Part shown: one piece after another, positions 29,209 through 37,279 of the stretch
Numbering within the stretch: position 1 is the first letter of the stretch
How the letters are laid out: every line of letters begins with the position of its first letter
Assembly: GCA_948530865.1 (NCBI GenBank)
Contig: CAOTKV010000003.1
Span: forward strand, 41,881 to 105,880
Direction of reading: 5' to 3'
From: an uncultured Clostridia bacterium
Lineage (GTDB): Bacteria > Bacillota > Clostridia > TANB77 > CAG-508
DNA: 64,000 nucleotides
Notes under the pieces: generated by a model
Seen by the model: the letters and a program-made list of their open reading frames with translations, nothing else
Databases searched by the model: none
Told to the model about the DNA's origin: nothing
Made by a program: the position numbers and the translations under genes

Positions 29209-30333
29209 TTAAAATAATTCCTTAACTATTTTTATAACTCTATTTATATCTTCATCAGTCATTTTGGTATCTGAAGGCAAGCAAACACCTCTATTAAATA
29301 AGTCTTCACCAATGCTTATTCCAGAATCATTATGATTTATAAAATCATATTTTTCAAAAATTGGTTGCATATGCATTGGTTTCCATACTGGTCTTGATTC
29401 TATATTTTCTTTTTCTAAGCTTTCTATTATATCTAATGGTTTAACTTTAGAGTTTGGTTTTAAAGTTAATGCTGATAACCATTGATTTGATCTTTCATCT
29501 TCATTTTCTGGCATCATTTCTATTTCTTCTATATCTTTAAAGCCATCTTTATATTTATTGAATATCTCATTTTTCTTAATTATTCTTTGTTCTAAAACTT
29601 TCATTTGACCTCTTCCAATTCCAGCCAAAACATTACTCATTCTATAATTGTAACCAATTTCTGAATGTTGATAATGACGTGCTGGATCTTTACTTTGAGT
29701 TGACCAAAAACGAGCTTTATCTATTTTTTCTTTATCATTAGAAATCAGCATTCCACCACCTGTTGTTGTTATTATTTTATTTCCATTAAATGAAAGTGCA
29801 CCAATCGTCCCATATGTTCCTAAATATTTTCCATTATATATTGTTCCAAGCCCTTCAGCAGCATCTTCTAATATTGGAACATTATGTTTGTTGCAAATTT
29901 CTAAAATTTTTTCCATTCTTGTAGCTCTTCCATATAAATGAACAACAATAACTGCTTTTGGTTTATATTTTTCAAATGCTTTTTCTAAAGCTTTTGGACT
30001 CATATTCCATGTTTGATATTCAGAATCTATAAATACTGGTGTTGCATTTTGATAAATAATTGGATTTACACTTGCTGAAAACGTTAAATCAGATACAAAA
30101 ACTATATCATCTTTTTCAACTCCTAATACTTTTAATCCTAAGTGAATTCCAGCTGTTCCACTAGCTACAGCTACACTTGCTTTTACTCCTAAATATTCTC
30201 TTACAGATTCTTCAAATTTATTCAAATTTTCACCAACTGTTGATAACCAATTTGTATCAAAAGCTTCTTTTATGTATTTTTCCTCATATTTTTCCTCTGA
30301 CATATGAGGTGATGCTAAATATATTTTTTTCAT
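29209..30333 (-). CDS. DegT/DnrJ/EryC1/StrS-family sugar aminotransferase (PglE-like)
   Basis: 374 aa. ASGTAGIHLGLKVLG and SFNGNKIITTTGGGM (PLP lysine) are present. Confidence 0.85.
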   Translation of the reverse strand: MKKIYLASPHMSEEKYEEKYIKEAFDTNWLSTVGENLNKFEESVREYLGVKASVAVASGTAGIHLGLKVLGVEKDDIVFVSDLTFSASVNPIIYQNATPVFIDSEYQTWNMSPKALEKAFEKYKPKAVIVVHLYGRATRMEKILEICNKHNVPILEDAAEGLGTIYNGKYLGTYGTIGALSFNGNKIITTTGGGMLISNDKEKIDKARFWSTQSKDPARHYQHSEIGYNYRMSNVLAGIGRGQMKVLEQRIIKKNEIFNKYKDGFKDIEEIEMMPENEDERSNQWLSALTLKPNSKVKPLDIIESLEKENIESRPVWKPMHMQPIFEKYDFINHNDSGISIGEDLFNRGVCLPSDTKMTDEDINRVIKIVKELF

Positions 30334-30346
30334 AATTCCTCCAAAA

Positions 30347-31426
30347 TTAATTTAAAATTTCTTTTAAACATATCTGTTGCTCTTCATTTTCAAAATCCCA
30401 TGTGTGAAATGCTCCACCTAAGCAATATTTCCAATCCTCACATTTATCACATTTTCCACATTTAAATTTTTCTAAATTTCTAAAAAATTCAAATTTATTT
30501 TCCCAAATTTCAACAAAATTATCTTTTCTAACATTTCCCTGTATCAATTCTGGTCTTCTTTCAACATTAGGACATACAAAAATATCGCCATTATAAAGAA
30601 TGCTTCCAACTGTAAGTCCTGTATAGCACATATACATATTAGTTCTTACTTCTTTTTCATATTTTATTCCTAAAAAATGTGCACAACCATATGTAACTTC
30701 AAACTTTGATTTTTTTCTTTTTTCTTTTATAAAATTGATTAAATATTTATAATCTTCTGAATCTAACTCTAAATTTTTATTATCTTTAGCTCGTCCAATT
30801 GGATCTATATTTAGAATTCTCCATGAATCTATATTTAATTCTTTTACAACTTCATAAATTTTCTCTAGTTCATTAATGTTAGACTTATTAGTAACTGTAG
30901 TTATTTGCAATATAACATTCAAATCCGATTTTTTTACTTTTTTTATATTTTCAATAATTTTTGAATAGCAATTTAATCCTCTAAATTTATTGTGAGTTGA
31001 TTCTAAACCATCAATACTTATTGACATTGTAGAAATTTCAGTTTCTTTAAAACTCTTTATTATTTCATCTGTTATTAAAATTCCATTTGTTGTAATACTC
31101 CAATAAAAACCAAGTTGTTTTGCATATTTCATAACTTCAAATAAATCTTTTCTAAGCAAAGGTTCTCCACCAGTAACATTAATTTGTATTTTTCTTGCAT
31201 CATATTTTTCAGATATTGATTTTAAAGTATTTTCTATTTCTTGAGTTGTCAATTCAGCATTTATATTAACATTCTCTCCTGCTCTACTTCCACAATGTTT
31301 GCAATTAGCATTACATCTTAATGTCGCTTCCCAAAATAAATTTGTTAATCTAGGTTTTCTTGAAAGAACCTCTTTTTCTTTGTAAACAGCTTCAGCCTCA
31401 CCATATTTAATTATTTCTTTGAACAT
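30347..31426 (-). CDS. Radical SAM enzyme with C-terminal SPASM/twitch-like Cys cluster
   Basis: 359 aa. CNANCKHC is the CxxxCxxC motif, and GGEPLL is present. The C-terminal region is CYTG...FVCPN...CGKCDKCEDWKYCLGG. Confidence 0.8.
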   Translation of the reverse strand: MFKEIIKYGEAEAVYKEKEVLSRKPRLTNLFWEATLRCNANCKHCGSRAGENVNINAELTTQEIENTLKSISEKYDARKIQINVTGGEPLLRKDLFEVMKYAKQLGFYWSITTNGILITDEIIKSFKETEISTMSISIDGLESTHNKFRGLNCYSKIIENIKKVKKSDLNVILQITTVTNKSNINELEKIYEVVKELNIDSWRILNIDPIGRAKDNKNLELDSEDYKYLINFIKEKRKKSKFEVTYGCAHFLGIKYEKEVRTNMYMCYTGLTVGSILYNGDIFVCPNVERRPELIQGNVRKDNFVEIWENKFEFFRNLEKFKCGKCDKCEDWKYCLGGAFHTWDFENEEQQICLKEILN

Positions 31427-31436
31427 ATCTACCTTC

Positions 31437-31625
31437 TTAAAATAATGTTATTAAAAGTATATCATATAATGTTTTTGAATTTTCCTTGTTTGAAGATACT
31501 TCATTTATTACACTTTTTTCCATAATTGCTCCATAATAAGTTGTACTAAAAACTGGTAAAACTTTAAATAATATTCCTGAAAAAAATACTACAATAGCTA
31601 CTGCTACTTTTTTCATATGTTTCAT
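31437..31625 (-). CDS. 62-aa small membrane protein
   Basis: SD AAGGAG lies 8 nt upstream of the ATG. It has an N-terminal TM (VAVAIVVFFSGILFKVLPVF). It is wedged 10-12 nt from both neighbours inside the operon. Confidence 0.5.
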   Translation of the reverse strand: MKHMKKVAVAIVVFFSGILFKVLPVFSTTYYGAIMEKSVINEVSSNKENSKTLYDILLITLF

Positions 31626-31637
31626 AATAAATTCTCC

Positions 31638-33524
31638 TTATTTTTTATTAACTTCTTCTGGTTCTTTAAAGGTTGGAACAATTTGCTTAAAGGTTTCTTT
31701 AATTTCTTTATTATCTGTATCATCTTTTTCTAATAATTTATTTAATGAATTTAATTTTTCTTGAACTTCTTGCATTGTTATATCTAAAGGTTCTGCAACA
31801 AAAATTTTATTATGTGCAGTTTTTTCTAGTCCTTCTTCTCCCATTAAAAGTTCTTCATAAAGCTTTTCACCAGGTCTTAATCCAGTAATTTTTATTTCAA
31901 TATCTTCATTTGGTATATATCCTGAAAGCTTTATTAAACTTACCGCTAAATCATAAATCTTAACAGGTTCCCCCATATCTAAAACAAATATTTCTCCACC
32001 ATTTGCATAGGTCATTGCTTGCAATACAAGTTCAACTGCTTCTGGTATTGTCATAAAAAATCTTGTTATATCTTTATGAGTTACTGTTACAGGTCCACCT
32101 TCTGTAATTTGTTTTTTAAATAAAGGAACAACAGACCCATTACTTCCTAAAACATTTCCAAAACGAACTGCTGCAAATTCTGTTTTACTAACTTTATTTT
32201 TTGCTTGTACTATCATTTCACACATTCTTTTTGTAGCTCCCATTATGTTTGTTGGATTTACTGCTTTATCTGTTGAAATTAAAATAAATCTTTTTACTCC
32301 AAATTCATCACAAGCATTTGTAACATTATAAGTACCAAATATATTATTTTTTATAGCTTCTAATGGACTATTTTCCATTAGTGGTACATGTTTATGTGCA
32401 GCCGCATGAAATACTAAATATGGTTTATATTTTTCAAAAATTTGTCTTAATCTTTTTTTATCACGAACACTGGCAATTATTGCATCAATTTCTATTTTAG
32501 GAAATTTATATTTTAACTCTTGTTCAATGTCATATAAATTATTTTCATAAATATCTAACATTACAAGTTTTTGTGGTTTATATTTTGTTATTTGACGACA
32601 TAATTCTGAACCAATAGAACCTCCTGCACCAGTAACTAAAATTACTTTATCTTTTATTAAATTTTCAATATTTTCATTATCTAATTTTACAGGATCTCTT
32701 CCTAAAATATCTTCAATTTCAACATCTCTTAAATTATCAAATATTTTCTTATTTCTAATTATTTCTTTCATTCCTGGAAGAATTCTTACTTTAGCATTTG
32801 TTGCTTGGCAAATATTTAATATTTCTTTTTTATTTTGACTATCTATATTAGCAATTGAAAAGAAAATTAAATCAATATTTTTTTCCTTGCAAATTTTTAT
32901 AATGTCATTTCTATTTCCAATTATTTTAACACCTGATACTGTATAATTTAGTCTTTTTTGATTATCATCAATAATTCCGATAATATTATAATTTTCAGTC
33001 ATTTTTGTGTGAATAGTTTTTATTATTTCATGAGCAGCATTTCCAGCACCTATTATAAGTAAATTTTTTTGATTTGTCTTATTTACATTTATTCCTCTAT
33101 TTACAATATCATTAACTAATATGTACCTTATTACTAACCTATATGCTATCATCATAAGAGAAATAAATATACCAGCTAGAATAATTAATTTAGTTCTCTC
33201 TAGCATGAATATATGAAAAATTTTTCTTACAATAGCTATTATTATAGATGATACCATACAAAGCATAAAGTATATAAAATAATCTTTTCCATCTTCATAT
33301 CTTATGATTGCCTTATATCTTCCAGCTAAATGAAAAACAATTTGGTACACTATTACTGAAACAATTATTGTTTGAGTAAGTCTTCTTACATAATACGCTT
33401 CTAATTTAAATACAGAATCAGTAATAAGCACAACTCCCAAATAATACGCAAAAGCAATACACAAAATATCTAATATAATTAATATAAAACTTCTATATTT
33501 ACTTAATTTTTTTATTTTCTCCAT
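31638..33524 (-). CDS. CapD/PglF/WbpM-type membrane-anchored UDP-sugar 4,6-dehydratase
   Basis: 628 aa. Four N-terminal TMs, then two Rossmann regions (LLIIGAGNAAHE, VLVTGAGGSIGSEL) and FHAAAHKHVPLME. Confidence 0.85.
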   Translation of the reverse strand: MEKIKKLSKYRSFILIILDILCIAFAYYLGVVLITDSVFKLEAYYVRRLTQTIIVSVIVYQIVFHLAGRYKAIIRYEDGKDYFIYFMLCMVSSIIIAIVRKIFHIFMLERTKLIILAGIFISLMMIAYRLVIRYILVNDIVNRGINVNKTNQKNLLIIGAGNAAHEIIKTIHTKMTENYNIIGIIDDNQKRLNYTVSGVKIIGNRNDIIKICKEKNIDLIFFSIANIDSQNKKEILNICQATNAKVRILPGMKEIIRNKKIFDNLRDVEIEDILGRDPVKLDNENIENLIKDKVILVTGAGGSIGSELCRQITKYKPQKLVMLDIYENNLYDIEQELKYKFPKIEIDAIIASVRDKKRLRQIFEKYKPYLVFHAAAHKHVPLMENSPLEAIKNNIFGTYNVTNACDEFGVKRFILISTDKAVNPTNIMGATKRMCEMIVQAKNKVSKTEFAAVRFGNVLGSNGSVVPLFKKQITEGGPVTVTHKDITRFFMTIPEAVELVLQAMTYANGGEIFVLDMGEPVKIYDLAVSLIKLSGYIPNEDIEIKITGLRPGEKLYEELLMGEEGLEKTAHNKIFVAEPLDITMQEVQEKLNSLNKLLEKDDTDNKEIKETFKQIVPTFKEPEEVNKK

Positions 33525-33555
33525 AAGTCACCATTTTCTCTCAAAATCTTTCTTG

Positions 33556-33584
33556 ATTCTATCATTAAAAGTAGTATTTTTCAA
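33556..33584 (-). promoter_or_regulatory. Sigma-70-type promoter for the capD-to-galE operon
   Basis: The minus strand reads TTGAAA, a 17-nt spacer, then TAGAAT. It lies immediately after the rfbB terminator. Confidence 0.5.
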
Positions 33585-33585
33585 T

Positions 33586-33617
33586 AAAAAACTCTCTTTT
33601 TTCAAAGAGAGTTTTTA
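33586..33617 (-). terminator. Rho-independent terminator after rfbB
   Basis: ACTCTCTTT, loop TTTC, then AAAGAGAGT, extended by A/T pairs. A T-run follows on the minus strand. Confidence 0.7.
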
Positions 33618-33619
33618 TA

Positions 33620-34591
33620 TTATTTCATTAAATATTCTGGATGTGCAATATACCAATCTATTGTTTTAACAATTCCATCTTTAAACATTGTTTTTGGTTC
33701 CCATCCAAATTCATTTTTTAATTTTGTAGGATCAATTGCATATCTGTAATCATGTCCTTTTCTATCTTCAACATGTGAAATTAAAGTTTCTGGTTTTCCA
33801 AGTCTTTCTAATATTAATTTTACAATTTCAATATTTCTCTTTTCATTGTGCCCACCAATATTATATCTTTCACCTTTTTTACCTTGATGTAAAATTATAT
33901 CAATTGCTTCACAGTGATCTTCAACAAATAGCCAATCTCTAATATTTAATCCTTCTCCATAAACTGGTAATGGTTTATCTTGAAGAGCTAAAGAAATCAT
34001 GTGTGGTATTAATTTTTCATGATGTTGATATGGTCCATAGTTATTTGAGCAGTTTGTTACACTTACATTCATTTTAAATGTTTCTGCATATGCAAACGCT
34101 ATTAAATCTGAAGATGCTTTTGATGCTGAGTATGGGCTATTTGGTTGAATTGGAGAAGTTTCTGTAAAATATCCTGTTTCTCCAAGTGTTCCATATACTT
34201 CATCTGTTGAAACATGTACAAATTTATTTGTACTACCTTCTCCCCAGAATTGTTTAGCAACTTCTAATAATGTATGTGTTCCAATTACATTTGTATGTGT
34301 AAATATAAATGGATTTTTAATACTATTATCAACATGAGATTCTGCTGCAAAGTGAACAACCGCGTCTATATCATATTTTTTGTATGTTTCCATTACAAAA
34401 TCGAAGTCACATATATCACCTTGTACAAATGTTATTTTATCTTTTATTGCATCTAAGTTATGAATATTTCCTGCATATGTTAATTTATCAAATACAATTA
34501 TATTGTATTTTCCTTCGTATTTTTTTACCATTAATTCTGCAAAGTTAGCTCCTATAAATCCTGCAGCGCCTGTTACTAAAATATTTTTCAT
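33620..34591 (-). CDS. rfbB: dTDP-glucose 4,6-dehydratase
   Basis: 323 aa. ILVTGAAGFIGANF, a YSASKASSD catalytic motif, and an RmlB-like overall layout. Confidence 0.9.
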   Translation of the reverse strand: MKNILVTGAAGFIGANFAELMVKKYEGKYNIIVFDKLTYAGNIHNLDAIKDKITFVQGDICDFDFVMETYKKYDIDAVVHFAAESHVDNSIKNPFIFTHTNVIGTHTLLEVAKQFWGEGSTNKFVHVSTDEVYGTLGETGYFTETSPIQPNSPYSASKASSDLIAFAYAETFKMNVSVTNCSNNYGPYQHHEKLIPHMISLALQDKPLPVYGEGLNIRDWLFVEDHCEAIDIILHQGKKGERYNIGGHNEKRNIEIVKLILERLGKPETLISHVEDRKGHDYRYAIDPTKLKNEFGWEPKTMFKDGIVKTIDWYIAHPEYLMK

Positions 34592-34602
34592 ATTTATTCT
34601 CC

Positions 34603-35187
34603 TTATTTTAAATTCTTAAATAAATCTGTTTTCTTTAATTCTTCTAAAGTTGGCCAAAGTCCATCTTTTTCAGAAGTTAAATAATCTTCAGGTTTCATTC
34701 CTGGAACTTCTGGCCATACAATTCCAATTTCTGGATCATTCCATTTTAATCCACCTTCTGCACTATGATTATATACATCATCACATTTATAACTAAATTC
34801 TGCTTCATCTGATAATACTAAAAATCCATGTGCAAATCCTCTTGGTATCATAAACATTTTTTTATTTTCTTCAGAAAGAATAACGCCTTCCCATTTACCA
34901 TATGTTTTACTTCCTGGTCTTAAATCAACTGCAACGTCAAATACTTCACCTTTTATACATCTAACAAGTTTGGCTTGAGTATTTTCTTTTTGGAAATGTA
35001 GCCCTCTTAAAACTCCTTTTTTTGATTTTGATTGGTTATCTTGTACAAATTCATTTGTAATTCCAATTTCAGCAAAATCTGGTTTACTATATGTTTCCAT
35101 AAAGTAACCTCTGTTATCTCCAAAAACTGTTGGTTCAATTACATAAACACCATCAATTGAAGTATCTATTCTTTTAAATTTTCCCAT
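34603..35187 (-). CDS. rfbC: dTDP-4-dehydrorhamnose 3,5-epimerase
   Basis: The track ORF starts at a TTG at 35205. The ATG at 35187 (MGKFKRIDT) has the SD AAGGAAG upstream. FGDNRGYFMETY and LRGLHFQ are RmlC motifs. Confidence 0.9.
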   Translation of the reverse strand: MGKFKRIDTSIDGVYVIEPTVFGDNRGYFMETYSKPDFAEIGITNEFVQDNQSKSKKGVLRGLHFQKENTQAKLVRCIKGEVFDVAVDLRPGSKTYGKWEGVILSEENKKMFMIPRGFAHGFLVLSDEAEFSYKCDDVYNHSAEGGLKWNDPEIGIVWPEVPGMKPEDYLTSEKDGLWPTLEELKKTDLFKNLK

Positions 35188-35270
35188 TTTTATTCTTCCT
35201 TTCAAAAATTATTTACTATATTTTTATATCAAAAAAAATTACTTTTTTCAATACTATACCTAAAATTTAA

Positions 35271-35290
35271 GCTGTAAAAAATTTTACAGC
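35271..35290 (-). terminator. Stem-loop terminator after rfbA
   Basis: GCTGTAAAA, loop AA, then TTTTACAGC. It lies 30 nt downstream of the rfbA stop on the minus strand. Confidence 0.5.
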
Positions 35291-35320
35291 TTGAATTTTA
35301 ATATTTCATTTGGACATACA

Positions 35321-36238
35321 TTAATTTGCATTAAATAAATCGCTTTCATATATTTCTCTATATTGTTTATAATCTTGCTCTGCAATTCTTTTTAAATATT
35401 TTCCATATTCTGTTTTCTTATATTTTTCTGCTTCAACTAATAAATCTTCTTTTGAAATCCATTCATTTCTATATGCAATTTCTTCTAAACAAGCAATTTG
35501 TGTACCTTGTCTTAATTCTATTGCTTTTACATAGTCTGAAGCATCTGATAATCTGTCTGCAGACCCTGTATCAAACCAAGCATATCCATTTCCAAGAGGA
35601 ATAACTTGTAATTTTCCATTTTCCATATATACTCTATTAACATCTGTAATTTCTAATTCTCCTCTTTCAGATGGTTTAATAGATTTTGCAATTTTAACAA
35701 CTTCATTATCATAAAAATAAATTCCAGGAACAGCAAAGTGTGATTTTGGATTTTCAGGTTTTTCTTCTATTGATAAAGCTTTTCCTGTTTTATCAATTTC
35801 AACAACACCGTAAGATGTTGGATCTGCAACTTGGTAACCAAAAATAATTCCACCTTCTTTTAAATTACTTGCAGCTTTTAAAACTCTCTCTACTCTTGAA
35901 CCATAAATCATGTTGTCTCCTAAAATTAAAGACACATTATCATTTCCAATAAAATCTTCTCCAAGTATAAAAGCATCAGCTAAACCTACTGGTTTTTCTT
36001 GTACTTTGTATTCTAACTTCATTCCAAATCTTGAACCATCGCCTAATAAATTTTTAAATGCTGGTAAGTGAACTGGAGTAGAAATTATTAAAACTTCTCT
36101 AATTCCAGCCATCATTAATGTAGATAATGGATAATAAATCATTGGTTTATCATATACTGGTAACATTTGTTTTGAAACTGCTAATGTTATCGGATATAGT
36201 CTTGTGGCACTACCACCTGCTAATATAATACCTTTCAT
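35321..36238 (-). CDS. rfbA: Glucose-1-phosphate thymidylyltransferase
   Basis: 305 aa. The N-terminus MKGIILAGGSATRLYPIT..SKQMLPVYDKPMIYYPLS is a classic RmlA N-terminus. Confidence 0.9.
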   Translation of the reverse strand: MKGIILAGGSATRLYPITLAVSKQMLPVYDKPMIYYPLSTLMMAGIREVLIISTPVHLPAFKNLLGDGSRFGMKLEYKVQEKPVGLADAFILGEDFIGNDNVSLILGDNMIYGSRVERVLKAASNLKEGGIIFGYQVADPTSYGVVEIDKTGKALSIEEKPENPKSHFAVPGIYFYDNEVVKIAKSIKPSERGELEITDVNRVYMENGKLQVIPLGNGYAWFDTGSADRLSDASDYVKAIELRQGTQIACLEEIAYRNEWISKEDLLVEAEKYKKTEYGKYLKRIAEQDYKQYREIYESDLFNAN

Positions 36239-36251
36239 TATTTTATTCCTC

Positions 36252-37112
36252 CTATTTTAATTCTTCTTTTAAATAATTTGCTAATGCATCTTCCCATTTA
36301 CTTGGTATGATGTTAACGCTTTTTAATTTTTCTTTTGATAACATACTATTTTTTGGTCTATCTGATGAAGCTGGATTCATTTCTTTATATTCTTCAGAAG
36401 TTACAGGATGTACTTTTGTTTTTCTTCCTGCTAATTCCATTATTTTTACAGTAAAATCATACCATGTTGTAAATCCTTCATTTGTTGAATGATATACTCC
36501 ATAAGCTGGTTCTTTTTCCATTATTTGTTCTATTATTTCACATAATGTTGTTGTAGAAGTTGGGCTCCCGTGTTGATCACATACAACTTTTAATTCGTCA
36601 TGTGTTTCTGAAAGTTTTAACATTGTTTTTACAAAGTTCTTTCCTCCTAAGCCATAAAGCCAAGCTGTTCTTAAAATATAATATTTCTCAGCTTTTGCTG
36701 CATTTTCTTCTCCAATTAATTTGGTTTTTCCATATGCACTTATAGGTCCAGGAATCATATCTTCTGTATATATTTTTTCTACATCTAATTTTCCATCAAA
36801 TACATAATCTGTACTAATATGAATAAATGTACTATCATTTTCCTTAGCAGCTTCTGCAATATTGGCAACTGCTAGTCCATTTACACTATTTGCTAAATCA
36901 TAATTTACTTCACAACCATCAACATTTGTATATGCTGCACAGTTTATAATATAATAAGGACTTACTTCTTTTGCTTTTGCAAGTACTGCATCTCTATCTG
37001 TAATATCTAATGTTTGTAAAGTTGTTCCTACTACTTCATATTTTTTTTCTAATCTTTCTCTTAATTCTCCTCCAAGCATTCCATCTGCTCCGATTAATAA
37101 AACTTTTTTCAT
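36252..37112 (-). CDS. rfbD: dTDP-4-dehydrorhamnose reductase
   Basis: 286 aa. LLIGADGMLGGEL, NCAAYTNVDGCE, YGKTKLIGE. Confidence 0.9.
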   Translation of the reverse strand: MKKVLLIGADGMLGGELRERLEKKYEVVGTTLQTLDITDRDAVLAKAKEVSPYYIINCAAYTNVDGCEVNYDLANSVNGLAVANIAEAAKENDSTFIHISTDYVFDGKLDVEKIYTEDMIPGPISAYGKTKLIGEENAAKAEKYYILRTAWLYGLGGKNFVKTMLKLSETHDELKVVCDQHGSPTSTTTLCEIIEQIMEKEPAYGVYHSTNEGFTTWYDFTVKIMELAGRKTKVHPVTSEEYKEMNPASSDRPKNSMLSKEKLKSVNIIPSKWEDALANYLKEELK

Positions 37113-37175
37113 TTTTTCCCTTCCTCTACAAAAAATTTATATAACTAATATTTACCTTATTTTTAAGACATGTTT

Positions 37176-37203
37176 ATTATAACACAGAAAACCTTGTTGT
37201 CAA
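37176..37203 (-). promoter_or_regulatory. Promoter for rfbD-rfbA with extended -10
   Basis: The minus strand reads TTGACA, a 16-nt spacer, then TGTTATAAT. The -35 box lies inside the hairpin at 37187-37222. Confidence 0.5.
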
Positions 37204-37279
37204 AGGTTTTTACAAGGTTTTCACACTTTACACAAAATGTTCACATTGCTATTTTTTATATTTAAACATTTCATTTTAC

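Noticed and set aside
31437-31625. The 62-aa ORF considered as a classical sactipeptide or ranthipeptide precursor for the neighbouring rSAM-SPASM enzyme.
   Set aside because: It contains no cysteine and has a TM-like N-terminus rather than a leader/core layout. The operon context is sugar biosynthesis. I kept it only as a low-probability alternative.
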